Assembly (NCBI GenBank): GCA_032718475.1
Contig: JAUCBJ010005255.1
Coordinates: 1 to 33,271, forward strand
DNA from: Nemertoderma westbladi
Taxonomy: Eukaryota > Animalia > Xenacoelomorpha
DNA length: 33,271 bases
Direction of reading: 5' to 3'
Below the pieces are notes generated by a model, which had not been told where the DNA came from, did not search any database, and worked only from the letters and a program-made list of their open reading frames with translations. The position numbers and the translations under genes are program-made. Of this stretch, positions 22,333-33,271 are shown one piece after another; the first letter of the stretch is position 1; the number at the start of each line of letters is the position of its first letter.

Positions 22333-22503
22333 TCATCTGTGATGCCCGGTAGAATAAGCTGAGTCCACCGGTGCTGGTTCAATGTCTATCGTTGGCATTT
22401 CCTCATCTTCTAAGGCGGCCGCCGCAGCTTTGCGATGTAGAATCTGTTGGTATGCGATCTCGAAACATTGGCCCAGTGTCATCATAATCTCTCGAGCCAT
22501 AGA
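22333..22503 (-). CDS. ANKS1: ANKS1-like gene, last exon (PTB C-terminal helix SMAREIMMTLGQCFEIAYQ, then stop)
   Basis: Acceptor TATGTAG, 56 codons plus TGA. Matches the PTB helix LA.EIILTLGQAFEVAYQ as recalled for ANKS1A/B. Minus-strand AATAAA at 22270..22275. Confidence 0.88.
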   Translation of the reverse strand, partial: SMAREIMMTLGQCFEIAYQQILHRKAAAAALEDEEMPTIDIEPAPVDSAYSTGHHR

Positions 22504-22874
22504 CTACATAGAAATATAAATAAATTTATGGTAAGAAAACTAAATTATAAAATACATACAATTAGGGAAGTTATTAAGAAATACATTATTATAAATATAC
22601 GATATTGTTCAAAGTTGTTGTCAACAAAGTGCCTGATAAGATAACAGCTGATTACTCTCAGAAATAAAACTGTAACCTGTTCTGTTGTGTTTAGTTTATT
22701 GTTTTGGTTAAAATAATGTGCCACTGTAACCTGCTCCTTTCCTTTAATTGATAATTGAGGCGGGATATTAATTCGCCGAGATGGCATTGTATCATCCGCC
22801 CACCTAATGCCTTATTTATCAAGGCCAACTGTTGGACTGTACAATTATAGTTATTAGCTTGAAAAACACACGAT

Positions 22875-25403
22875 AAATACATGACATTTACTTACAATTA
22901 ATAGGTGTAACAACAATTACATGACATTTACTAACAATAGATGTAACACCAAATACATGACATTTACTAACAATAGATGTAACAACAAATACATGACGTT
23001 AACTTACAATAGATATAACACCAATTACATAACATTTACTAACAATAGATGTAACACCAAATACATGATATTTACTTACAATAGATGTAACACCAAATAC
23101 ATGACATTTACTAACAATAGATGTAACACCAAATACATGACATTTACTTACAATAGATGTAACACCAATTACATAACATTTACTTACAATAGATGTAACA
23201 CCAAATACATGGCATTTACTATGTAACAATAGATGTAACACCAAATACATGGCATTTACTATGTAACAATAGATTAACACCAAATACATTACATTTACTT
23301 ACAATAGATGTAACACGAAATACATGACATTTACTTACAATAGCTGTAACACCAAATACATGACATTTACTTACAATAGATGTAACACCAAATACATGAC
23401 ATTTACTTACAATAGCTGTAACACCAAATACATGACATTTACTTACAATAGATGTAACACCAATTACATAACATTTACTTACAATAGATGTAACACCAAA
23501 TACATGACATTTACTTACAATAGCTGTAACAACAAATACATCACAATTACTAACAATAGATGTAACACGAAATACATGACATTTACTTACAATAGCTGTA
23601 ACACCAAATACATGACATTTACTTACAATAGCTGTAACAACAAATACATCACAATTACTAACAATAGATGTAACACGAAATACATGACATTTACTTACAA
23701 TAGCTGTAACACCAAATACATGACATTTACTTACAATAGATGTAACACCAATTACATAACATTTACTTACAATAGATGTAACACCAAATACATGACATTT
23801 ACTTACAATAGCTGTAACAACAAATACATCACAATTACTAACAATAGATGTAACACCAAATACATGACATTTACTTACAATAGATGTAACACGAAATACA
23901 TGACATTTACTAACAATAGATTAACACCAAATACATTACATTTACTTACAATAGATGTAACACCAAATACAGGACATTTACTTAGAATAGCTGTAACACG
24001 AAATACATGACATTTACTTACAATAGATGTAACACCAAATACAGGACATTTACTTAGAATAGCTGTAACACCAAATACATGACATTTACTTACAATAGAT
24101 TAACACCAAATACATGACATTTACTTACAATAGATGTAACACGAAATACATGACATTTACTTACAATAGCTGTAACACCAAATACATGACATTTACTTAC
24201 AATAGATGTAACACCAATTACATGACATTTACTTACAATAGATGTAACACCAAATACATGACATTTACTAACAATAGATGTAACACGAAATACATGACAT
24301 TTACTAACAATAGATGTAACAACAAATACATGATATTTACTTACAATAGATGTAACACCAAATACATGACATTTACTAACAATAGATGTAACAACAAATA
24401 CATCACAATTACTAACAATAGATGTAACACCAATTACATGACATTTACTAACAATAGATGTAACACCAAATACATGGCATTTACTAACAATAGATTAACA
24501 CCAAATACATGATATTTACTTACAATAGATGTAACACGAAATACATGACATTTACTTACAATAGATGTAACACCAAATACAGGACATTTACTTAGAATAG
24601 CTGTAACACCAAATACATGACATTTACTTACAATAGCTGTAACAACAAATACATCACAATTACTAACAATAGATGTAACAACAAATACATGACATTTACT
24701 TACAATAGCTGTAACACCAATTACATGACATTTACTTACAATAGATGTAACACCAAATACATGACATTTACTTACAATAGGTGTAACACGAAATACATGA
24801 CATTTACTAACAATAGATGTAACACCAAATACATGGCATTTACTAACAATAGATGTAACAACAAATACATGACATTTACTAACAATAGATGTAACACGAA
24901 ATACATTACATTTACTTACAATAGCTGTAACACCAATTACATGACATTTACTTACAATAGATGTAACACGAAATACATGACATTTACTAACAATAGATGT
25001 AACACCAAATACATGGCATTTACTAACAATAGATGTAACACGAAATACATGACATTTACTTACAATAGATGTAACACCAAATACATGACATTTACTTACA
25101 ATAGATGTAACACGAAATACATTACATTTACTTACAATAGATGTAACACCAAATACATAACATTTACTTACAATAGATGTAACACCAAATACATGACATT
25201 TACTTACAATAGATGTAACACCAAATACATGACATTGACTAACAATAGATGTAACAACATGACATTTACTTACAATAGATGTAACACCAAATACATGACA
25301 TTTACTTACAATAGATGTAACACCAAATACATGACATTTACTTACAATAGATGTAACACCAAATACATGGCATTTACTAACAATAGATTAACACCAAATA
25401 CAT
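22875..25403 (-). repeat. Minisatellite C, distal block: 36-bp unit (minus strand TGTCATGTATTTGGTGTTACATCTATT GTAAGT AAA), roughly 70 copies
   Basis: Directly visible array inside the last ANKS1 intron, with recurrent variant units. Confidence 0.97.
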
Positions 25404-27714
25404 AGCCATACACCAGCACAGTAACATTCCTTCGGTGTCCAAAGCTACAGTACGGAGGGCTATCCTAGCCATATCCCCAGGGAAAGCGCCAGATTTTGGA
25501 TCTTTAGTAATAGAGCACATACTCCTAGTAAGTCTGGACACTGCTACAGACACAATAGCCAAGCTATTGAATGCCTGTCTCAGACTGGGCAAGGTCCCCT
25601 CTTGCTTTGGCAGGACTGTAGTCACGAACATTTTCAAAGGAAAACAAAGGGATCCACTAAAAACCAACTCATTCAGGCCTATCGCCTCTATAAGCATTCT
25701 TTCCAAAGTGTTTGAAGCTGTGATTCTGTCAGAATACCTCATGGCACTTCCTAAACCCCGCTCGCAATTCGCCTATAGGAAAAGGTTGGGTACAGATATT
25801 GCACTAGCAGTAATCATGGAACAATTGGAGATGCAACGGGAAAATGGGAGGAATTCAATCCTGTGCAAGCTGGACATCAAGTCAGCATTCGACAGTGTCG
25901 AATTTCATGTTCTCCATGACAAGCTACTGGAAGTATTAAATCCCCATATCTGTGCAGTCCTGCTTGACTACTATAGGAAAACAATGATTCATCTGAAATT
26001 TGGGGAGTTGGTTGAGTCCATTGGAATCAAGTTGACTCGTGGCCTCAAGCAAGGTTCGTTAATCTCACCTGTACTATTCACCTTCTATATCGGATTCTTA
26101 CCAGATAAACTGAAGGAATCGGGATTCGGTCCAGGAAAACTGGCATCATACTCTCATCTCTTTTGTTACGCGGATGATCTATTTTTAACTGGGGAGTCAG
26201 TTAAGGATCTAGAAGATATGATAGTGATAATCTCTCGTGAACTCGCACGTGTGGGTCTATCTGTGGAAGGCTCAAAGACAGAATGGACTTATATCCTAGG
26301 ATCTGGACGTAATGGTCAGGGGATTCCATGTTTTCTTAAAATAAATGGTGTACTTATACAGCCAACAAAGTCATTATCATTCCTTGGCGTCTCACTAAAT
26401 ATACAAAGGACCGCAGTATTGAAGGAACTCAAACGATATCTAACAATAATCTCAGAGACCTTCCACCAGAAGGGTTGGACCGCAAGGAGACTCTTCGCTC
26501 TATGGAACACAGCGGCGGTCCCATCGCTACTGTACAAGATGAGATTCCTGGTGGGACGGCTAACTGACAAGGAACTGCGCGAACTTGACATTTCCTATAG
26601 GAAGGTGCTGCGTGGACTGATGCACGTAAGCTGTTACGTGCCAAATGCTGTTTTGCACAAGATTACCAACACAACTCCAATCTCCGCTGTGATCGCTTAT
26701 GACAACATGTGCTGCTTGCAACGTGCCTGCAATGGTCCGAATGCCACAGAATGTAATTTTCTTGTCTGTCGATACCTTTCTCACGCAACAATTAAATCCC
26801 ATGGTGGTCTGAGCTCTTGTCAGCAAACTTGCAGCTCCCTGTATCCACTTCCAAGCGTAAGGTCTCTCTGCACGGCCAGGTATGACAGGAGACAACTTAG
26901 GACACGGGTCGAGTCGGGATCACTTACAATCCCAGAATTGGGTGGGGTGAATTTCATCCAAAACTGCTTTAGGTGCAATGTTCCCTTTAGTACCAAAAGA
27001 AGGCGGATCCAGCAATACTTTGACCGATAATTCGCTTTGTCTGACTATGATTTTATTTGGATTCTATCAATCTTAATCCATATCATATATATAATAATAT
27101 CAATCCCTATATCATCAATACATATACATAATATCAATCCATATTCTAATCACATACTTTATATTTTTAGCCAGCTGTTTTTATTGTGCATTTGCGTGCA
27201 TTTTTATTTACATTTACCCGGTATTGTCGCCTCGTGCGAATTAAATCAAATGATGATATTAGTTGATCTGGTATAGTTACAATTATACTACAGTATGCTT
27301 ATTGTATATGTTTATTATATACTTTGGTATCTTAGTCACTCTTGCAGTAGGCGTACTCCACATAAGCAGCTGATGGGAAATTCAATAAAATCAATAAGGA
27401 CCAGCTACTGTATCTTTCTTTTTAATATAGTATATTTAAACATTAATTTCATTTAAAGCACTTATTTTCAAAACCACTATAAGGTCTTTCGTTTAATCGA
27501 TTTTACTTATTGCTATTTTACTGCAGAATTTGTCTTGAACACTCTATCATATACCTTACCCCGGCTGGGGGTGTATCTTTAAATATATATATATCTCTCT
27601 ACAATTGTGCAATATTTAACTGGATTATTTCACACATGTGTAATTAATGCGTGCACATTTTTTATCATGTTTATTATTTTGTCGCTACATGCGAATTAAA
27701 CAAAGAAATGAAAT
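25404..27714 (+). mobile_element. 5'-truncated LINE-type retrotransposon (RT only, no endonuclease retained), antisense to ANKS1, inserted in minisatellite C
   Basis: The satellite stops at ...AAATACAT and resumes in register at GATATTTAC. RT ORF followed by an AT-rich 3' region ending ATTAAACAAAGAAATGAAAT. Confidence 0.85.
25435..27030 (+). CDS. Reverse transcriptase of a non-LTR retrotransposon (APE-type clade, N-terminally truncated, uninterrupted 531 codons)
   Basis: Motifs GKAP, FRPIASISILSKVFE, QFAYRK, LDIKSAFDSV, GLKQGSLISP, YADDL, SKT and FLGV. The listed start is a GTG close to the truncation point, so it is unlikely to be a real start. Confidence 0.88.
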   Translation: MSKATVRRAILAISPGKAPDFGSLVIEHILLVSLDTATDTIAKLLNACLRLGKVPSCFGRTVVTNIFKGKQRDPLKTNSFRPIASISILSKVFEAVILSEYLMALPKPRSQFAYRKRLGTDIALAVIMEQLEMQRENGRNSILCKLDIKSAFDSVEFHVLHDKLLEVLNPHICAVLLDYYRKTMIHLKFGELVESIGIKLTRGLKQGSLISPVLFTFYIGFLPDKLKESGFGPGKLASYSHLFCYADDLFLTGESVKDLEDMIVIISRELARVGLSVEGSKTEWTYILGSGRNGQGIPCFLKINGVLIQPTKSLSFLGVSLNIQRTAVLKELKRYLTIISETFHQKGWTARRLFALWNTAAVPSLLYKMRFLVGRLTDKELRELDISYRKVLRGLMHVSCYVPNAVLHKITNTTPISAVIAYDNMCCLQRACNGPNATECNFLVCRYLSHATIKSHGGLSSCQQTCSSLYPLPSVRSLCTARYDRRQLRTRVESGSLTIPELGGVNFIQNCFRCNVPFSTKRRRIQQYFDR

Positions 27715-28510
27715 GATATTTACTTACAATAGATGTAACACGAAATACATGACATTTACTTACAATAGATGTAACACCAAATACAGGACATTTACTTAGA
27801 ATAGCTGTAACACGAAATACATGACATTTACTTACAATAGCTGTAACAACAAATACATCACAATTACTAACAATAGATGTAACAACAAATACATGACATT
27901 TACTTACAATAGCTGTAACACCAATTACATGACATTTACTTACAATAGATGTAACACCAAATACATGACATTTACTTACAATAGGTGTAACACGAAATAC
28001 ATGATATTTACTTACAATAGATGTAACACCAAATACATGGCATTTACTAACAATAGATGTAACACGAAATACATGACATTTACTTACAATAGATGTAACA
28101 CCAAATACATGACATTTACTTACAATAGATGTAACACCAAATACATGACATTTACTTACAATAGATGTAACACCAAATACATGACATTTACTAACAATAG
28201 ATGTAACACCAAATACATGACATTTACTTACAATAGATGTAACACCAAATACATGACATTTACTTACAATAGATGTAACACCAAATACATGACATTTACT
28301 TACAATAGATGTAACACCAAATACATGACATTTACTTACAATAGACGTAACACCAAATACATGACATTTACTTACAATAGATGTAACACCAAATACATGA
28401 CATTTACTTACAATAGATGTAACACCAAATACATGACATTTACTAACAATAGATGTAACACGAAATACATGACATTTACTTACAATAGATGTAACACCAA
28501 ATACATGACA
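27715..28510 (-). repeat. Minisatellite C, exon-proximal block: about 22 in-frame 36-bp units; the first unit overlaps the ANKS1 PTB exon end
   Basis: ORF 27674..28639 (-) reads from the PTB exon straight into (CHVFGVTSIVSK)n. Confidence 0.97.
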
Positions 28511-28621
28511 ATATCGTTTTCCCCGGCTGAGATCTTTAGTTATGTACGAAAACACACGCTGATCATCGCTATCCTGAGCCGCGTAGGATATCGTTTTAAT
28601 ATCGTGCTCCGATATGGTCAC
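28484..28621 (-). CDS. ANKS1: ANKS1-like gene, PTB exon (VTISEHDIKTISYAAQD...ITKDL...YCHVFGVTSI)
   Basis: TTTCAG acceptor, first GTAAGT donor at 28483, 46 codons, phase 0/0. Closely matches the recalled ANKS1 PTB segment EHEIRNISCAAQD..D...FAYITKDL....YCHVF. Confidence 0.92.
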
Positions 28622-28777
28622 CTGAAATTTAATTGACATGAATGTAAATTAAATAGAAATATAAACCTTTACTGAAAAATTATAGAGTAAAAGTAACAAA
28701 GAGTTGCAAAGGTTGAATTATTCGTGGATCATTAACCTTTAAGATTAATTTATAATAATTACGAACATACAGTATGT

Positions 28778-28940
28778 GACGGTTGTTACACAAGACTACT
28801 AAGGGCAGCCCTAAACATCAGCTGGAGACAACACATGACAAACGCCGAGCTTTATGGTACAATACCACCTGTATCAACCACCCTCCGTGAACGCAGATTA
28901 AGATTCAGTGGGCACTGTTGGAGATGTAAAGACGAGGTCA
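28778..28940 (+). mobile_element. Short fragment of an RTE-like non-LTR retrotransposon C-terminus
   Basis: Translates as DGCYTRLLRAALNISWRQHMTNAELYG...LRERRLRFSGHCWR, the typical RTE post-RT pattern (ISW...TN.E.....RRLR..GH..R). Confidence 0.75.
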
Positions 28941-29089
28941 TACAGATTTACCAGAAATTGCGACAACTATGGAGAATCGGGAAGCTTGGAAGGATCTCAT
29001 TTCGACTATCCTATCTCGCTCGACCTAGTACCGGTAGTTGTACTGTAGTAGGCGTGTTAATTGGCTGTACTGTAGTAGTATATACAAAC

Positions 29090-29215
29090 CTTTTGTTCGG
29101 GATCAACAAATTTTAACATTTCCCAGTTCATCTCGAGTACAATCTGAGGGGTTTTTTGCATTGATCGCGCAGATACTTTCAGTTTCTTCATTGCGGTTTT
29201 TAGACCTTGTTTACC
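29090..29215 (-). CDS. ANKS1: ANKS1-like gene, PTB exon (GKQGLKTAMKKLK...PQIVLEMNWEMLKFVDPEQK)
   Basis: TTTTTAAG acceptor, GTTTGT donor, 42 codons, phase 0/0; PTB helix and strands. Confidence 0.85.
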
Positions 29216-29388
29216 CTTAAAAATAAGAAATAATTAAATTCTATGATTGATTATATATTGATTTTCCCATGTCCTATGTATACTTACTAAACAGATGAAG
29301 ATATCTATAGGTCATGATTTTCCATGTATTTCTGTATTTCATGTACCAGAGTCTATCCCTCTATCCTGTGGTACCAAACTGCACTTAC

Positions 29389-29553
29389 CTCCTCCTTTGT
29401 CACGAACGTTGTACCAAAATAACTCGCTGTATATTTAACACTGTAATATAGAAGCGTTTCCGTGGCGTGGCTCCACGAGTGTCTATTGCCGACCCGTCCC
29501 AGCGACGTCTGACTTGGTGAACGAAGTTTCGGGATGTGAACTCCATCTACCAT
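29389..29553 (-). CDS. ANKS1: ANKS1-like gene, exon starting the PTB domain (..WSHATETLLYYSVKYTASYFGTTFVTKEE)
   Basis: CGCAG acceptor, GTAAGT donor, 55 codons. W.H..E.L......Y.A.YLG motif of the ANKS1 PTB N-terminus. Confidence 0.85.
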
Positions 29554-29873
29554 CTGCGATAATGTATGTAAATCAATTAAAATAAACAAACTGGAAAATC
29601 AAATTAAATCAAAGTTTAAAATTTGCCGCTCTTTTGCCATTTTGATCGATTGTAGTTGTGGGTATAAAACTTTGTGCATTAGCTACTGTAATATAACTGG
29701 TTCATTATTACTATAATATGATAAATTATACAGAATTAAATTTATGTAAATTGTGTCGATAAAAAACAATATATTTCAGGATTGAGATCTGTAAAACTTT
29801 ATTAACAACAAAGTAACATACTGCACTACCATCGAACAGGTAGTTTCTCTCAACCTTAAACTGAATGTCCTAC

Positions 29874-30041
29874 CTGAACTTCATCTAAATGCGGCGAGTT
29901 TCCGTCCCTCCATCGCCGAGCGACACTGCCGATATCGGTGTAGTCCTTGAACAAATCCACCCAGAGATTGGACGACGCACCGAGGGGGTTCTTCAATATA
30001 GTGTATCCACCGGGCATAGAAATTAGTGTGAATATATATTC
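29874..30041 (-). CDS. ANKS1: ANKS1-like gene, linker exon (EYIFTLISMPGG...SPHLDEVQ)
   Basis: TTTTTAG acceptor, CAG|GTAGGA donor, 56 open codons in phase 0/0. Confidence 0.7.
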
Positions 30042-30170
30042 CTAAAAAATAACAATATACATAATATATCCGTCTGAATATAGTCGATAGTAAGTCTATG
30101 CCAATATTACCGAAGTCCATGTAAATAAGAATATATTCCTTAACTGTGATCTACAGCTACTAACACGTAC

Positions 30171-30329
30171 CATGTTTTTCTCGATGTTGTCTAACTGCTG
30201 TTGTATCTGCTCGTTTTGAGACTGCAAGGTTACGTAGGTATGTTCCTCCAAGGAGTTCTCGTGATCCGAAGAGACGGCCAAAGACGCCTTGATTCGACGC
30301 GAGTGTCCAAGTCGACATCCCTTCGTTAT
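30171..30329 (-). CDS. ANKS1: ANKS1-like gene, exon with the end of SAM2 (LGHSRRIKASL)
   Basis: CCCCGTAG acceptor, ATG|GTACGT donor, 53 codons; SAM signature LGH..RI..SL. Confidence 0.82.
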
Positions 30330-30395
30330 CTACGGGGGATAAATTAAAATAGTCTTATTCAACCATCCCAAGTGGATGTATAAATATTTATATTA

Positions 30396-30498
30396 AAAAG
30401 TAAGGCCGTTAGGTCAGGGATTACGCACAAATTGTGACGATTTATTTCCAGTGCGTTCCCCCCAGAACTATACTCCCCAGAGGAAACTTCAGTACTCA
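30396..30498 (-). mobile_element. 3' fragment of SINE family 1
   Basis: Near reverse complement of about 17500..17610. Confidence 0.8.
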
Positions 30499-30977
30499 AG
30501 TCGATGTTTTTAAATTAGCATTTTTTAATTAATAATATTGAACATTTATAACATTACTAAACAGAAACTCACCAACAGAGTCTATCTATATATAAGGAAT
30601 AAGGCTATGTGTGTGTGTGTATGTGTGTATGTGTCCCTATAGAAATCTCCCCTTTCTTTATTGGGGATACTTGACGCAAATCCAATTTCAGTAAATTAAA
30701 ATTAACATTGTTAATTACCGGTATCAAATATGGATAAGGGATGAGATAATGCAAAAAACAGAGGCACTTTATTCTAACCAAAACAATAAATAACAAAACA
30801 AAACAATAATTTCCCCCCGTTGATGTGACACACTAAATCCGGGTCTCCCACTCAGCAGTTGAGGTGAGCCATGGATTTGGGCTCCTCTCACTAGTATATT
30901 CTGGTGTGGAACTGCGGTCTACAGATGGTGTACGTACGGTCTGGAAGTATAAACAAGGATTCCATATATATATTTAC

Positions 30978-31217
30978 CTTACTGATCGCTGGGTTATTTA
31001 ACCGCAGTACGTCGTCTGTAGTTTGACATCCGTGGATCGAGAAATTCTTGCAGTATTCCTCCAACCCCAAGTTGGTCAGCCAATCCACGACCGAAACGCC
31101 GCCAACTATTCGATTAACCGAGTCAATGTGGTCGCATTCCTGCAATATCTTGCATCTCGCGTACGCGTCCAACACTCCGATCTCGAGTAAGTCGATATCG
31201 TCCATACAATCTCGGCC
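30978..31217 (-). CDS. ANKS1: ANKS1-like gene, exon with the SAM1 end and SAM2 start
   Basis: TTTCAG acceptor, AAG|GTAAAT donor, 80 codons; MDDIDLLEIGV...R.KIL and SVVDWLTNLGLEEY...F. Confidence 0.88.
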
Positions 31218-31333
31218 CTGAAATCAGAATAAAGATATTATACTGGGGACAGGAGATAAGTATCACATAAATATTGGGTGGGTATGATACATATACTGTA
31301 GGATGTCGAATATGGAATGCGTGTGTGTTTGAT

Positions 31334-31631
31334 AAGGTAAAGGTTAAAAGTGATCAATAAACGTGGGAAAGGCAACCTGAAGGCTCCTCTCTCGGTTGTT
31401 ACCTATAAGGTAGAGAGAGGGCGGCACACTAACTCCCAAGGTTTAACTATCCAACCCTATTCTTACCCACCCAGCATAATGTAAGGCAGTTTCCTATTAA
31501 TTCCAGTTGGGTGGGCTGAAGAAAGTTCATTAGAGTTAAAACAGCTATACGAAAACTTGGCTGTTCCTTTACTGGGGCTCGAACTCACGAACTTCTTGTT
31601 TGAATACTGACGCTTTAACCACATGGACACC
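31334..31631 (-). mobile_element. tRNA-derived SINE (family 2), intronic
   Basis: Minus strand begins GGTGTCCATGTGGTTAAAGCG (A-box-like), has B box GAGTTCGAGCC and ends in an ACCTTTACCTT tail. Confidence 0.65.
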
Positions 31632-31703
31632 TAGAAACGGTTAGGTAAGGTCGGGGTGTGTGTCGGATACGGTAAGATGTGTTACACGCTTTACTGTATT
31701 TAC

Positions 31704-31925
31704 CATGAATCGAAGACAATCGTATCCATTTGATACGAGTAACGCCTCGAACTGACTGCAACCCCAGGTCTCGAGATTCTGACTCAGTCTGGTTAGCTCA
31801 TCGACCCGCCCCAGACGATTGTACGAGGCCGGCACAGCGCCGCCTAGCGGTCCGTCTATGCAGTCGATTCCTCTCTTTGACCCATCGTTCAGACCTTCGT
31901 CTATTGTAGTAATCATGTTCTCAAT
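31704..31925 (-). CDS. ANKS1: ANKS1-like gene, exon with the SAM1 start (LETWGCSQFEALLVSNGYDCLRFM)
   Basis: TTTAG acceptor, ATG|GTAAAT donor, 74 codons; resembles ANKS1 SAM1 LE.IG..QYE..L..NGFD...FM. Confidence 0.85.
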
Positions 31926-32244
31926 CTAAATTATTATAATATATAATATAGTTTCTTCATATTGGTCAAAAATAATCTCGCGGTGGTTGGAGACACTTAC
32001 GCATCCCGCCAAGGCGGGATATTAATTCGCCAAGGGGGGTTTTGCGTCCAGTCCCCCCCCCTGTCAATTAGCTCTATATAAATAATTATATTACACAAAA
32101 AATTAAATCAACTTAATGATGTAATTAATTAATCCATTGCCTGATTATAATATCTAATGCACGCTCAAACTGAGCCACACTGAACTTAATCCATTGAACA
32201 TAAACAAATAACATTTACATTAAATAAATTAAACATTTACAAAC

Positions 32245-32549
32245 CTTAATCCATTCGGTTTTTTCGTCGAATCTCGTCAAAGACAAATGGTATTGCTGGA
32301 TATATTCGGCATTCTTCTCGCGGTGTCTCTCCGCCGTATCTATAATATCGTCGAAATCAGGCATGGCTGCCGGTTCACTGCTATCCGACTCATCGGGGGC
32401 CATGTCTTCGTCACTATAATGGAGTACGGGTTCCACTAGTTCTGTAAGCGAACCTTCTTTCTCTGGCTCCGCTTCGTATTTACTTGGTGATTTCAGAAAC
32501 GGAATTTCACTTTTTCTACCTTTTAAGGGCAGCCCTCCATGTAATAAAC
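32245..32549 (-). CDS. ANKS1: ANKS1-like gene, acidic linker exon (..FDEKTEWIK); the gene continues upstream
   Basis: AATTAG acceptor (phase 1) and AAG|GTTTGT donor, open for 101 codons. Splices to give EWIK-IENMI, like the EW..I..I motif before the ANKS1 SAMs. Confidence 0.72.
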
Positions 32550-33271
32550 CTAATTAGTATTATGCAAAAAGTTAATTTTATTTTAATTATTATTTTTAAG
32601 ACAAAATGTAATAATTTAGTTAATTTAAAGGGATGGCGTTCCTTACAAGAACAATACGAACGAAGTTTGGTTGTAAAATGCCACCGGATTTCAATCACAT
32701 GAACAGAGCAACGATTTTTATTTGACTAGACAATCTGTACCGGAAAAACATCCCAAAGGCTACAAACTATAAACACCTTGACAAATTGTAAATTGATTGG
32801 ATAACAAAATGTTGAATTTCATGTCCTACCAGCGGGAGCAGGGTCTGTCTTAGTTACAGTCCCAATCCCAATAAACATTAACTTGGTCATTTTGGCGGCC
32901 AAAATTACCAAAATGGCCAAGTAAAAACTGCGGTATTCATGAAAGGAACTGCTGGGGCACGTTGGCTTGTCAATCACAGCCAGTGAATACAGGCTGAGTG
33001 TAAGTAAAGCCCAGCATGTTGGCGCTGAGGTAGAGTTCTGAGGTAGAGTTCTCCAGTGGAGTAATGGCTGGACTCGCCACTGTAGTAAACATGTCTGTAA
33101 GAGTGCAGTGTGAGGCGCCCTAACTTATTATTTTCTACATATTATTTTTTACTAATCTAATAATTAACACACCTTTACCTGTCACTGTCACTTAGGTTAT
33201 AAGCAGTGTGCTAGCACTTGCAGCGTAATAAATAAATTATTTACTTTAATTCTATTCGATTGGTAATAAAA

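Noticed and set aside
27037-27276. Hydrophobic 79-aa ORF after the RT as an accessory membrane protein
   Set aside because: ATC/ATA-rich low-complexity 3' UTR with a TTG start; the hydrophobicity is compositional.
22921-28636. Plus-strand ORFs of (MTFTYNRCNTKY)n as repeat proteins
   Set aside because: They are by-products of a stop-free 36-bp unit. They are broken at 35-bp units, and the unit derives from the minus-strand exon junction.
32830-33119. Possible further upstream ANKS1 exon (minus strand, phase-1 donor GTAGGA, open frame)
   Set aside because: Phase-compatible, but the translation shows no ankyrin or other recognisable motif. Transcript data are needed.

Overview
Eukaryotic, very likely invertebrate animal, genomic DNA with AT-rich introns and GC-richer exons. 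It holds three host genes: (1) an intronless mitochondrial carrier of the SLC25A34/35 (yeast Oac1) type at 1000..1938 (+); (2) a probable 3-exon single-pass membrane adaptor with a long, disordered, tyrosine-motif-rich tail resembling PAG1/Cbp at about 12773..16864 (+); (3) the 3' nine exons of an ANKS1-like SAM-SAM-PTB gene at 22333..32549 (-), whose 5' end is not resolved and probably lies beyond the window. There are three minisatellite arrays, with 26-, 26- and 36-bp units. The 36-bp array is a tandem amplification of the ANKS1 PTB exon end plus its GTAAGT donor, so the intron holds about 90 copies of this junction, many with an intact donor and the nearest about 22 in frame. The second 26-bp array is built from a perfect TACTAAC branch point plus GTGAG and CAG. 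Two arrays are split by non-LTR retrotransposons: a near full-length, frameshifted CRE-like RT-RLE element with a CXC-like N-terminus (6990..10950) and a 5'-truncated LINE (25404..27714). tRNA-derived SINEs and nested MITEs fill the intergenic and intronic space. All family assignments come from motif recognition and recalled sequences, not from database searches.
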